From Candidatus Atabeyarchaeum deiterrae (lineage in GTDB: Archaea; Asgardarchaeota; Atabeyarchaeia; Atabeyarchaeales; Atabeyarchaeaceae): a stretch of DNA of 64,000 nucleotides. Within the stretch, counting starts at the first letter, position 1, and every line of letters begins with the position of its first letter. The notes beneath the pieces are model-generated. The model ran no database searches. It was given only the letters and a program-made list of their open reading frames with translations, and was not told the DNA's origin. The translations under genes were made by a program, and so were the position numbers. Below, piece by piece: positions 41,030-50,844 of this stretch. The stretch is from positions 704,001 through 768,000 of the forward strand of contig CP147780.1 of the NCBI GenBank assembly GCA_037310415.1, written 5' to 3'.

Positions 41030-42397
41030 TCAGAATAGATGAGTCTGCTTTGTCTGTTGTGGTGTCTCCGCACTTACCTTTTTCTTCCGCTCTGCAGTTT
41101 TCGTTGGTTCTGCTTTCATTACTTTGATCTTTTTTCCACCAGTGATCGTGCTAACATCTTCTTCGGCGAGATCGAACCACTTGATGAACTCTGTTGCGGC
41201 CCTGGGATTGTTTTCAATAATAGTTTTGATAGTTGGTAGATACTCGTGAAGTATTTCTCGTGCTGATTCATGAGATTTCGCTCCGAGTTTCAAGCATACC
41301 TCTTTTTGTGCAGTCCTCCTTGATCTGGTAGCGCTTAATGCCTTAATGTAGTTTGGGAACGAATAAGTCACGAATCGCTTTGAGGGGATCTTTCTCGCTA
41401 GTGCGACGCCCCCACTCATCAACTCATAGACATAGGATAGTAAACCCCAATCTTGGTTTTTTCTGATTCTTCCTAGGAAGATGTCCGCTCTTGAGAGCAT
41501 GTAAAATGCTTGAGATAACTCTGAGGGATCGGCAAACTCCTTCGGAATGTTTTCGTAAATCCATTGGATAATCATATCTTGATCCATGTCCAGGGATTCA
41601 ACAGAAGACACTGCTTGTCTAAGGTTTTCTGAATGAAACATCGCTCTTAAGCCATCGAAAGTACCTTTCACGCGATCTCTCCGCGCCGAGATATTCCCGA
41701 CATCTTCTAATGTAATCTCATTCCTTCCTTCAGCTATTGCCTGCAAGTCATTAATAGCAGATCTCAGATCCCCGCTAGAGTTTTCTGCTATGAGCTTCAG
41801 AGCCTCCAGATTCGTCTTCACCCCCTCCTCTTGACAGATTCTGCTCAACGCATTAATGATCGTACTTGCCTGTATTCTCCTTACCTCTACGTCGATGCAA
41901 AGGCTCTGTAGCGATCTAATTTTCGTATCCCATTTATCGTTAGCCGTCAGAATAATGGGGCTTGTCGTTTCCTTAATTGCCTCGATCATCGCGGAAACCC
42001 CACCCCTATCCTCATCGCCACTAAGACCGTCCACCTCATCGATCAGAAGAATCCTGCCCTTGGTTCCGCCTAATAAAGAAGGCATGGCAGCGGATGACCC
42101 GATCACTTTTCTTACCGTTTCCTTGTCCCGTTTATCACTAGCGTTAACCTCAACTAACTCATACCCTGATTCATTCGCAATAGCGTATGCCATCGCTGTT
42201 TTCCCTGTTCCAGTAGGACCAGATAACAGAATAGCCCTTTTCTCAGGGATTCGCCCAGTGCTCCAAGTGGATAGCCACTTTACTATCTTGGAAACAGCCT
42301 CAGCATTTCCAAGTATCTCAGAAATCCTCATTGGCGAATATTTGTCAGCCCAAATGATACTGTTTAGAGGAGCTTTGGCTGCAGGAGTAGAACTCAT
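41030..42397 (-). CDS. rfcL: replication factor C large subunit
   Basis: W.DKY.P, GPTGTGKT, NASD, DEVDGL, GDLRSAINDLQ, C-terminal PIP-like QTHLF. Confidence 0.95.
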   Translation of the reverse strand: MSSTPAAKAPLNSIIWADKYSPMRISEILGNAEAVSKIVKWLSTWSTGRIPEKRAILLSGPTGTGKTAMAYAIANESGYELVEVNASDKRDKETVRKVIGSSAAMPSLLGGTKGRILLIDEVDGLSGDEDRGGVSAMIEAIKETTSPIILTANDKWDTKIRSLQSLCIDVEVRRIQASTIINALSRICQEEGVKTNLEALKLIAENSSGDLRSAINDLQAIAEGRNEITLEDVGNISARRDRVKGTFDGLRAMFHSENLRQAVSSVESLDMDQDMIIQWIYENIPKEFADPSELSQAFYMLSRADIFLGRIRKNQDWGLLSYVYELMSGGVALARKIPSKRFVTYSFPNYIKALSATRSRRTAQKEVCLKLGAKSHESAREILHEYLPTIKTIIENNPRAATEFIKWFDLAEEDVSTITGGKKIKVMKAEPTKTAERKKKVSAETPQQTKQTHLF

Positions 42398-42418
42398 TTT
42401 TCACTATCACTCTTTCTG

Positions 42419-43390
42419 TTAATGGATCATTCCACTTCCAATACTTACGAAGCGGGCAAGTAATGCACTGAGCTGTATTTCTTCATTTGCGCCTTGACCC
42501 AAGCGGAAATCGGTTTCCCCCACATAATCGATTAGCTTCACTTTCTCAGGTTCAGGAATCTTCAAATTGAAGATCTCCCGGTGTATCTGTTTAATCACAT
42601 CGGTTCCTGAGAGACCGTAGTTTATGAGCAATTCGTGTAGCATATCTCTGGCTTCCATGAATTTACCGCTTAGAGTACACTGAAGCATTTTGAGAATCTC
42701 TTCAGGTCTAGCTCTACTAGCAACTTTGAAGACAACCTCCTCGCTAATTGCAGCTCCCACCGCGGAAGCTCCTTGTAGAGTGTTTATTGCTCTTCTAAGG
42801 TCGCCTCCAGATACATAGAGAATCGCTTTCAAACCTGTTTCGTCCAACTTCACGGATTCCTTTTCAGCAATAGTCTTCAATCTCAAAGCAACGTCTTTTT
42901 CCTTCAGGGGACCGAAACGGAAAACAGCGCATCTACTCTGTATGGGTTCAATAATCTTACTTGAATAATTGCATAGGAGTGCAAAGCGGCAGTTTCTGGC
43001 ATATCGCTCCATAGTTCTACGCAGAGCATTTTGTGCATCGGATGTCACTGCGTCCGCCTCATCCAAGACTATGATCTTGAAAGGTACGTCGCTGATGGGA
43101 ATAGTTCTCGCGAAATCCTTGATCCTAGTTCTGACGACATTTATGCCTCGTTCATCACTAGCATTTAACTCGAGAATGTTGCCCTCAACGCGTCCCTTGT
43201 ACAAGTCATTGGCAAGCGCGAGAACGGCTGTGGTCTTCCCTGTTCCAGGTGGCCCAGCGAACAACAGGTGGGGAACATTCCTTTCCTTAACGAACATTCT
43301 GAGACGCTCAACTATTTCTTTCTGATTCGTTATCTCTGAAAGACTACGGGGGCGGTACTTCTCTGTCCACAACGGAGACTCGTCACTCAT
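42419..43390 (-). CDS. rfcS: replication factor C small subunit (no intein)
   Basis: [30 protein letters not shown]. Confidence 0.97.
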   Translation of the reverse strand: MSDESPLWTEKYRPRSLSEITNQKEIVERLRMFVKERNVPHLLFAGPPGTGKTTAVLALANDLYKGRVEGNILELNASDERGINVVRTRIKDFARTIPISDVPFKIIVLDEADAVTSDAQNALRRTMERYARNCRFALLCNYSSKIIEPIQSRCAVFRFGPLKEKDVALRLKTIAEKESVKLDETGLKAILYVSGGDLRRAINTLQGASAVGAAISEEVVFKVASRARPEEILKMLQCTLSGKFMEARDMLHELLINYGLSGTDVIKQIHREIFNLKIPEPEKVKLIDYVGETDFRLGQGANEEIQLSALLARFVSIGSGMIH

Positions 43391-43895
43391 CTGCCACAAC
43401 CTCGCACCAATTTGGATCGGAACTACTTATGACGACATGCAGTACATCTATTGACGAAATAACTCGGAGTTGAATTCTGGTTAACTGTAGTTAGGGAGCT
43501 CGTAATTAAGCTTTCAGATAGCTCACAAGTAGCATGGTTGTTCAGGATCTAATTGTGCTCACATCTTTTTGAACTTCCCAGAGAAAACTAGAACACTGTC
43601 ACGAGAAATCCGCCTTGTTTTCTGCAAATGTCCCATACTGCAGAGCTTTATTAGAGAAAACAGCTTAGACCTGATTGCCTCGAAACCAATCAGAGGTTAT
43701 ACTTTACAAATTAACAGACTTCTCAGAGATTTGCTCTTCTGCCTACTTAATCGTTTCAGCAGGCATGTCACAATCACAGGGTAGTCCCATGACCTCCTTC
43801 ATCAGCTAGTCGAGCTTTCTCGCCTCCCAAAAAGGGATAAGGCTGTTAAGGGAATAGAATCACGCAGTCCATGTTGTTTCTGCAGGTGTTCATGT

Positions 43896-44618
43896 TTGCT
43901 CTTGGATATCAGCTTACTACTATACACAATTGGGTTTCTCAGCTTCGCCTCCCTCTACATCTTTCTCAAAAGCGCTGGAGATGGTGAGATTACTATTGGA
44001 GGAAGGTTCGCCTCGAGAATGCCTCTCGCCCTATTATTGTTCATCAAGGCAGTACCTGCTGGACTCGCAGGACTCTTCGTCTATGTGTTCCGCCCCTCCT
44101 CGTCCTTGTTCTATCTCCTCATGGTCTTCGCCCTCATCCTGTGTCTTCTTGGCGATGTCGGGAAGGGAATCGGTCTGCTACCAGGGATTGGGTTGTTCGC
44201 TCTCGCCCACGTCACCTTAATAACCGCGTTCGTCTCCCAGAGTCTCAAGTTCGGTCTAACATTTACGGGAATCGCCCTGGTAATTGGCCTCTTTGCCATA
44301 ATGCTGGTCTATGTCTACATGTTGTATAGGTATCTTCAATCCTCAAAGAAAGGATTGGGTCGACTGCGCATAGCTGTGCTATTCTATTCACTCTTGATCT
44401 CAATTATGTTCTGCACCAGTGTTCTACTAAGCTGGTTATATGGAAACCCAGCGGGCGCTTTAATTGGCGTCGCCGCCTTCCTCTTTGTCGTATCAGATTC
44501 ATTGATTGCAGTCAAAGAGTTTCATCACAAATTCTCAAAAGCCGAACTAAAGATCCTCGGCGCGTACTACTCCGCGATCTTCCTCTTCTCGCTAAGCATA
44601 TTTGTCTTCGCCTCCTGA
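43896..44618 (+). CDS. YhhN/TMEM86 family lysoplasmalogenase-like membrane hydrolase
   Basis: About 8 TM; IKAVP, LLGDV, LFALAH, FY...I..M, LFVVSDSLIA, YYSA; both conserved Asp present. Confidence 0.85.
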   Translation: MLLDISLLLYTIGFLSFASLYIFLKSAGDGEITIGGRFASRMPLALLLFIKAVPAGLAGLFVYVFRPSSSLFYLLMVFALILCLLGDVGKGIGLLPGIGLFALAHVTLITAFVSQSLKFGLTFTGIALVIGLFAIMLVYVYMLYRYLQSSKKGLGRLRIAVLFYSLLISIMFCTSVLLSWLYGNPAGALIGVAAFLFVVSDSLIAVKEFHHKFSKAELKILGAYYSAIFLFSLSIFVFAS

Positions 44619-44758
44619 AGCCTGATGGTGGACGTGAAAGGCGATCGGATCATGCGCTAAATCTCAGGTGTTTGAGATTATCAAAAGAGGAGGCAGAGAT
44701 GATGAGAAGAACAAGACGGAAGCCGTTTTAGCTACATGTTGGATGAGCGATCTTTTTC

Positions 44759-46255
44759 TTACTCATTGTCCAATGTCTTAGGTCGGAAGTCTCCGATGTG
44801 ATAGAACTTCGGGCAACAGAAATAGGGGGTCCAGTACTTGGCTCCAGGCGGCCACCCGCTAGATTTTCTACCTCCGAAAGGCAACGTGATATCTTGGTAC
44901 TGAGGGTCTTCGTTTATGAAGGCGATTGCCACATCTATCTTCTTAACTATTCTCATGGCGAGTTCTGTGTCTTCACAGTATATTCCTGTGCGCATTCCGT
45001 ACTGAGTGTCATTGGCAAGTTGCACTGCCTCATCTACTGTTTCGAATTCCAGTATGCTTCTGGCGGAGCCGAATGATTCTTCCATCCACATAAATGGTTT
45101 CTCAACCATACTTTGTGCTCGGACGCGTTTCTTATCTAGTTTTATGAGTGTTGGAGGATAGAATGGGTCTTCCCTTTTGCCTCCCATCAGTAGTTGTCCA
45201 CCTTTCTTTAGGGCATCTTGGACCATGAAATCTATTGTGTCGATGATCTTTTTGCTTCCTAATGGGCCTATCTCAGTTTCAGGATCCATCGGGTCACCGA
45301 TTTTCAGTTTCGAAGCTTTGTCAACAATTTTGTCCGCAAGGTTCTTCGCAATGTCTTTGTGGGCTAGTATTCTCTTCATGGAAAAACATTGTTGTCCACT
45401 GTTGGTGAAACTGCCTCTCACCACCATGTCAGCGACTTTGTCCACGTCGACATCGTTCATAATAATGCCCGAGTCATTTCCTGCCATCTCGAACAGCAAC
45501 AACTTGAACTTGCCGTTGATGAACAGGCCTCCGTCAAAGAATGGCATCTTCATGGCGGTGGATTCCATGTACTTCCCGTAGTCTATCAGCAGTTTCTTGC
45601 CAACGTGGCTGCTTCCGATGAAGGCGAACAGATCGATGAGTGGATTCGATATGAATTCATTAGTTGCTTCGTCCCCAGGCATCAGACAGATTTCTGTGCT
45701 TTCAACTGCTGGAATGCCTTCAACTTCAGAGGCTATCTCTAGCACCTTCAGGGGTGTTAGAGGAACAGCACTGGAGGGTTTGACTATTACACTGTCGCCA
45801 GCTAGCCAAGCGGCGCCGATAGTGTACATTGGTAGGCTCATTGGAGTGTTTCTTGGTGACAAACCGGAGACCAGACCTATTGGCTCATATGTCATTATGT
45901 TTTTTCCTGAGATTGCTTCGACTTCTTTGTCTCTTATCATATCGGCTTGGACATCACAGGTAAGGTAGCCGTGTTGTATCATGCCACAGTCCCATCTTGC
46001 GTATTTGTAGGGCAGTCCTCCTTCCTTTACAATTAGCTCTACAAGCTCCTTCTTGTGCATTCTAACTGCTCTGCCGACTTTTCGTATGAACTCGATTCGT
46101 TCGCCTAAGTCGGTCTTCCTCATCTTTTCCTTAGCATCACTAGCCTTCTTGATCTTCTCCCTGAGCGTCTCAATATTGTCGGCCTGAATCTCCCGTATTA
46201 CCTCACCAGTGTACTTGTTTCTGACAGATAATGTGGTTGAGCCAGTCATTCGCAA
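44759..46255 (-). CDS. NAD(P)-dependent aldehyde dehydrogenase
   Basis: PRNTP, VKPSS, FIGSSHVG, FEMAGND (catalytic Glu), NSGQQC (catalytic Cys), EESFG, PFGGRKSSG. Confidence 0.92.
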   Translation of the reverse strand: MRMTGSTTLSVRNKYTGEVIREIQADNIETLREKIKKASDAKEKMRKTDLGERIEFIRKVGRAVRMHKKELVELIVKEGGLPYKYARWDCGMIQHGYLTCDVQADMIRDKEVEAISGKNIMTYEPIGLVSGLSPRNTPMSLPMYTIGAAWLAGDSVIVKPSSAVPLTPLKVLEIASEVEGIPAVESTEICLMPGDEATNEFISNPLIDLFAFIGSSHVGKKLLIDYGKYMESTAMKMPFFDGGLFINGKFKLLLFEMAGNDSGIIMNDVDVDKVADMVVRGSFTNSGQQCFSMKRILAHKDIAKNLADKIVDKASKLKIGDPMDPETEIGPLGSKKIIDTIDFMVQDALKKGGQLLMGGKREDPFYPPTLIKLDKKRVRAQSMVEKPFMWMEESFGSARSILEFETVDEAVQLANDTQYGMRTGIYCEDTELAMRIVKKIDVAIAFINEDPQYQDITLPFGGRKSSGWPPGAKYWTPYFCCPKFYHIGDFRPKTLDNE

Positions 46256-46541
46256 AACCCCTTGAAATCAGCATAATTGCCTGTTGCAGTTTTTCCTTAT
46301 TTGTTCTGAATTAGTTGAGCTTCTCGCCCTATGGAGCAGAGGAACAAGTCAAACCTCAAGTTTGACATTCGACGTTGGGTCAGAATAAAAACGTGTCTCC
46401 AAGGTACTCCATAAGAATCGACAATAACCGAATTGAGGCTACACGAATATATTAAAAGCGAATACAGGGTGATCGTTACGCAAGAACTGTAATAAGAAGC
46501 TAACCTTCGTAGAGGGTCCAACAGTTGGCAGGTGTTAGAGT

Positions 46542-47945
46542 TTGACTGAATCGGAAGCAGTCTATGATGAACTTGAGAGCATCGTGGGAAGCGGCAATAT
46601 TAGCAATGATGAGGTGATCCTGCTCTCTTACAGCGAGGATTCAAGCCCATTTCCATCTCGAAAACCTGCGGTTGTTGTGAGACCTAGTGAAGCAGGCGAA
46701 GTAGCTGAAATCATGAAGATCGCCAACAGAATGAAGCTTCCGGTTGTTCCTACGGGCGGGAGAAGTAGCATAAGTGGAGCTCCCATACCAAGAGTTCCCA
46801 ATGCAATAATGCTTGATTTAACCAAAATGGAAAAAGTCAAGGAAATAGATGAAGACGCTCTCACCGTGACAGTTCAGTGCGGAGTAAGATGGGCTCAACT
46901 GATACACGAGCTGAACCTGAGGGGATACAAGCTTGGGTTTAGAGGTCCGTATGGAGGCAATGCTGGAACTGTCGGGGGTTCGCTGAGTGTTAATTCAGTT
47001 GGGTGTGGCGCAAGTAAATGGGGTGGAGCTTGTAACAGTGTCGTGAGCATAGAGGTCGTATTACCAACAGGAGAAGTGATCAAGACTGGAAGCGGCTGGA
47101 GTTCAGCAGCGAAAAGGTTCGCGAGGTACGCGACTTTCAATGACCTAACTGGCATTTTCTTGGGCGATCACGGAACCCTAGGAGTCAAGACCGAAGCAAC
47201 CCTGAAAATATATCCTCTGTCGAAAGGTCTTGCCTATGCTGATTACGGATTCAACAACCTCCGTGATTGCGTGAGTGCATTTCATGAGATTCAGAAGTTG
47301 GGAATACCTGAAGAAATCATAATGCTTGGAGACAAGGCATCAATTGGGATGCTGGCTGAAACCTATCTTGAGACATTTCCGGATCTAGAATGCGTTTTTG
47401 CTGTTGCAATCGAAGAGATCGACAGCGTCATCTCTGAGAGAAAAAAAGCTATCTGTGATGAGATAGCGAAGAGGCATGGCGGTAAGGCACTTGGTTCATT
47501 TCTGACGAGGGTACATTGGTTGGACATGTTCAACATGACTCAGCCTCTTTTCGACTCAGGCTTTTGGTTCAACACTTGCCATATTAGACCGATTTCAACG
47601 TTGCGAGATACGATAGAAGATGCGTTAAGTCTGTTCAAGAGGGAGAAAATAGATGAGAAAGGCATGAAGTGGATCATAAGCGCTCTGGGCGTTGATAGAT
47701 GCTATAGCACAGCCTGGATAACGCTATTTGAAGGCGACCCGAGCAGACGCGATGACCTCAAAAGGGTATGGAACCAACTCAAGGAAATGGAACTGGAAAA
47801 CGGAGGAGTCCCCTACTGGACTGGATTGCTCTGGGAACCTCATGTATTGCCGAGGCTTGGTAAGGGATTCTACTCGGTTCTGAAAAGGATCAAGAGCGTT
47901 ATTGACCCGAATTCCATACTACATCCGTTGACTTTCGATTTGTGA
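46542..47945 (+). CDS. VAO/PCMH-family FAD-linked oxidoreductase (GlcD/AGPS-like fold)
   Basis: PAVVVRP, PTGGRSS, TVGG, EVVLPTG, GDHGTLGV.TEA, IK..IDPNSILHP. Confidence 0.88.
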   Translation: MTESEAVYDELESIVGSGNISNDEVILLSYSEDSSPFPSRKPAVVVRPSEAGEVAEIMKIANRMKLPVVPTGGRSSISGAPIPRVPNAIMLDLTKMEKVKEIDEDALTVTVQCGVRWAQLIHELNLRGYKLGFRGPYGGNAGTVGGSLSVNSVGCGASKWGGACNSVVSIEVVLPTGEVIKTGSGWSSAAKRFARYATFNDLTGIFLGDHGTLGVKTEATLKIYPLSKGLAYADYGFNNLRDCVSAFHEIQKLGIPEEIIMLGDKASIGMLAETYLETFPDLECVFAVAIEEIDSVISERKKAICDEIAKRHGGKALGSFLTRVHWLDMFNMTQPLFDSGFWFNTCHIRPISTLRDTIEDALSLFKREKIDEKGMKWIISALGVDRCYSTAWITLFEGDPSRRDDLKRVWNQLKEMELENGGVPYWTGLLWEPHVLPRLGKGFYSVLKRIKSVIDPNSILHPLTFDL

Positions 47946-49585
47946 GAGTGAATGGCTTGTCTTATCCATCATTGAATGAGCACTTACGCCAGATCCAGAA
48001 GTGCGCTAAATGTGGTGACTGCGCTTACTCTGTAAAGCTAACGACTGCAAGAAAGCCAATATCAATGCCGTGCGCTGTAAGAAATGTGCTCGGATTCGAA
48101 GCCTACGATGCGCGTGGTAGAATAATAGTCCTAAAACGGCTTTTGGAAGGAAAGGTTGACGTAGACGAAAGATTCCTCGACTGGGTCTACACGTGCACCA
48201 CATGCGCAAACTGCAAAGAAACATGTCTTGCAGTTCCAGGAGGGATCGACACTCCCTCAATGATCGAGGCGCTAAGGAAAGACCTCGTTAACCAAGGGGT
48301 AACAATTGAAAAGCAAGTTAGCTTGAAGGAATTGACGTCAACTCGACACAATCCTTACGGCGAACCCCATTCTGACAGAAGAAACTTCCTCAAAGGAGAA
48401 AAGCTGCCCAGACAGGCTAAGACGGTTCTCTTTGTGGGTTGCACACCATCCTACAGACAGCAAAGCATCGCGGAGGCAACAGTAAAACTGCTGAAGCATG
48501 CCGGCGAAGACTTCACCTTGATGCAGGATGAATGGTGCTGTGGCTCTGTTTTGCTTAGACTAGGATATGAAGATCTTGGAAGAGAAGTAATGCACCACAA
48601 CATTAACGAAATCAAGAACTCAGGCGCACAAACTATTGTGACGCCTTGTGCTGGTTGTTACAGGGCGTTCAAAGAGGAATATCAGAGGCTAAATGAGAAA
48701 GAAGGTTCAGAGTATAAGGTCCTTCATGCGACTGAATTGCTTGATCAACTCACTGAGAAGGGGAAGATTGCATTCTCAACAAAGAAACACATTAGAGTGA
48801 CTTATCATGACCCTTGCCATCTAGGCAGATATGGAGGCGTATATGAATCTCCCAGAAGATTGATTGACAAGATCAAAGGTGCCGAACTTGTCGAAATGAA
48901 GACAAACAGAAGTTATGCTCATTGTTGTGGCGCAGGCGGAGGAGTGAGATCGACTCACCCTGCTCTTGCTAGCCAAGTTTCAAGGCAGAGAATATCTGAG
49001 GCATTGGAAGTCAACTCTGCTCTGCTGCTAACAGCATGCCCATTCTGCAAAACGAATTTAACAGACGGGTCAAACGGATTAATCAAAGTCGCTGATATGG
49101 TTGAGTACCTGGCAGACAACATCAGTGCGGAAACAACAGGAAAAGATGCCGCTCCCGAAATTTCTCAGGCAAGAGGGCCAGCAGGTAAAGAATTTCCACG
49201 ATACTTAGAGCAGCACCCAGAAATCTTCGAGGACCTGGCTCAAGATTCAATACTTGACTTCACCACGTTCAACTCATGGAATTCCTTCGACAAAGGAGAG
49301 AAACCTTTGAACGTGTTCAACGTTAGAAGAGCCAAAGTTGGAATAGAAATAAAACCGGGGCGCGCTGAGAGAGCGGACGTTGCGTTGAATTTCTCGCCCG
49401 AAACAATAGAAGATCTAATCGCAAGTAGGGACAGAGACGAATACGCAAAGAAATTCGGCCGGTTCTACAACGAGCCTTCCGAAATAAAATGGATAGACTT
49501 CATTTTGAACAAGAGCACAAAGACCCTGATAAGAATGGGGTACGGCAAATTCGCAAGAGAAGCAGGAATACTCGAAGAAGACTAG
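47942..49585 (+). CDS. HdrD/GlpC-type Fe-S oxidoreductase (2x[4Fe-4S], two CCG domains) with C-terminal SCP2-like domain
   Basis: CAKCGDC, CTTCANCKETC, WCCGS, CAGC, YHDPCHLGR, HCCGAGG, ACPFC; GTGA overlap with the upstream gene. Confidence 0.88.
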   Translation: MRVNGLSYPSLNEHLRQIQKCAKCGDCAYSVKLTTARKPISMPCAVRNVLGFEAYDARGRIIVLKRLLEGKVDVDERFLDWVYTCTTCANCKETCLAVPGGIDTPSMIEALRKDLVNQGVTIEKQVSLKELTSTRHNPYGEPHSDRRNFLKGEKLPRQAKTVLFVGCTPSYRQQSIAEATVKLLKHAGEDFTLMQDEWCCGSVLLRLGYEDLGREVMHHNINEIKNSGAQTIVTPCAGCYRAFKEEYQRLNEKEGSEYKVLHATELLDQLTEKGKIAFSTKKHIRVTYHDPCHLGRYGGVYESPRRLIDKIKGAELVEMKTNRSYAHCCGAGGGVRSTHPALASQVSRQRISEALEVNSALLLTACPFCKTNLTDGSNGLIKVADMVEYLADNISAETTGKDAAPEISQARGPAGKEFPRYLEQHPEIFEDLAQDSILDFTTFNSWNSFDKGEKPLNVFNVRRAKVGIEIKPGRAERADVALNFSPETIEDLIASRDRDEYAKKFGRFYNEPSEIKWIDFILNKSTKTLIRMGYGKFAREAGILEED

Positions 49586-49675
49586 ACTCCACCAGCCAAC
49601 CATGCGAGTGGGAACGAAGACTCCGATAATAATGATGTGAGAAGTCAGTCCTTCGTTTCTTACTGGCTATACCAC

Positions 49676-50143
49676 CTATCCCATGAAATTGTATCTTTTT
49701 GCCCACTCTCGATATCCGGCTTTCCAGAGTGTAATCTTGCTTTTGTTCACCTTGTAGTCAAGATCACGGGTTCCAGATCCTTCCTTCAAGATCTTTGAAT
49801 AATTCTCGTAGTATTTCTTTGCATCTGGGGAGGACGATATCAGCTCCATAATCGCTTCGTCTGTGAAATACAAGATCAGGTCTGGAGTCTCCGACGCTGA
49901 TCCGACTCCGAGTTCAAGATTGTCTTCGCTAGCTTTCTTCAGGTGGAACAGAAGCTTCTCATTATCGTCTAAGGTAGGGCTTCTTATGTGGTATTCCCAT
50001 ATTGCGCCAACACTCAGACCCCTCATCAGGTCTAAGTGATTCGGATAGTACCCCTTAACCAACTTCAGTAATTCCCCGGGTATCAGTGATTTCACTTTTT
50101 TCTTCTGTTCGACACTCACTTTCGAGCACCACACGTTAGCCAA
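49676..50143 (-). CDS. hypothetical protein, divergent SCP2-like domain homologous to the C-terminus of 47942-49585
   Basis: Visible alignment: PDLILYFTDEAIMELI vs ADVALNFSPETIEDLI; NKSKITLWKAGY vs NKSTKTLIRMGY. Confidence 0.7.
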   Translation of the reverse strand: MANVWCSKVSVEQKKKVKSLIPGELLKLVKGYYPNHLDLMRGLSVGAIWEYHIRSPTLDDNEKLLFHLKKASEDNLELGVGSASETPDLILYFTDEAIMELISSSPDAKKYYENYSKILKEGSGTRDLDYKVNKSKITLWKAGYREWAKRYNFMG

Positions 50144-50247
50144 AGCTATAGTCTCTCTAAAACAGGGTTAAATACAAAAAAGGAAAGAAGTTGGGGATAG
50201 CGACTGCTAAACTATTGAAGGTCGCACTGTTCAGTTTTGTTTGGCCC

Positions 50248-50622
50248 TTAGGATCTGACGGCTTCTAGAATTGTTCTGAACTTGATCGCGTCTGGGAGTG
50301 GTCCTTGGATCCTCAGCTGTCCACCCATGTATGCAGAAGTAGCATCGATCTCGCCTTTCAGCATACCACTGAAGGTTGCGGTGTCGGCCTCTAGGGTGAT
50401 GTCGGCTGAAGAGTGGGTTCCTGCATTTGGGCCGCTTGCTTTCTTTGCCTTGAACTCGACATAGAATGGTGATCCGTCGCTTACGGCGAATTGCATAACA
50501 CGATCCCAGTCTTCAAGTTCAGCCTGCGCAGCAGAGGATTTGTTGATTCCTGTAACTAGCTGAGTGACTGCGTCCATCAACGGTGAACCTTTTCCTGCTG
50601 GTTTCGCTGGTTTCTTTGACAT
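50248..50622 (-). CDS. SCP2 sterol/lipid carrier protein
   Basis: ADITL..D..TF..ML.GEIDATSAYMGGQLRIQG is the canonical SCP2 signature. Confidence 0.92.
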   Translation of the reverse strand: MSKKPAKPAGKGSPLMDAVTQLVTGINKSSAAQAELEDWDRVMQFAVSDGSPFYVEFKAKKASGPNAGTHSSADITLEADTATFSGMLKGEIDATSAYMGGQLRIQGPLPDAIKFRTILEAVRS

Positions 50623-50844
50623 TTTTACCTAGTTCCTCCTTTTTCTGTTGAGTTAAAACTTCAAAACCATGTATAAATAGATTCCTAGGTGCTAAATAAA
50701 GGTTAAGCCCATACCTTATAAGCACACTATTGGCTTGCCTAATAAGGCAATTGGGTAATGGAATAGATGTGGCAAACTCATAGATGATAGAGAAATACCG
50801 CGTTTCTGAGATCTCGCGAGTTAGAACACTCCCTTCTAATGTCT

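Noticed and set aside
49605-49662. Hairpin between the convergent Fe-S and SCP2-like genes as an ncRNA
   Set aside because: A single imperfect stem without complete C/D or H/ACA boxes; more simply a terminator-region structure
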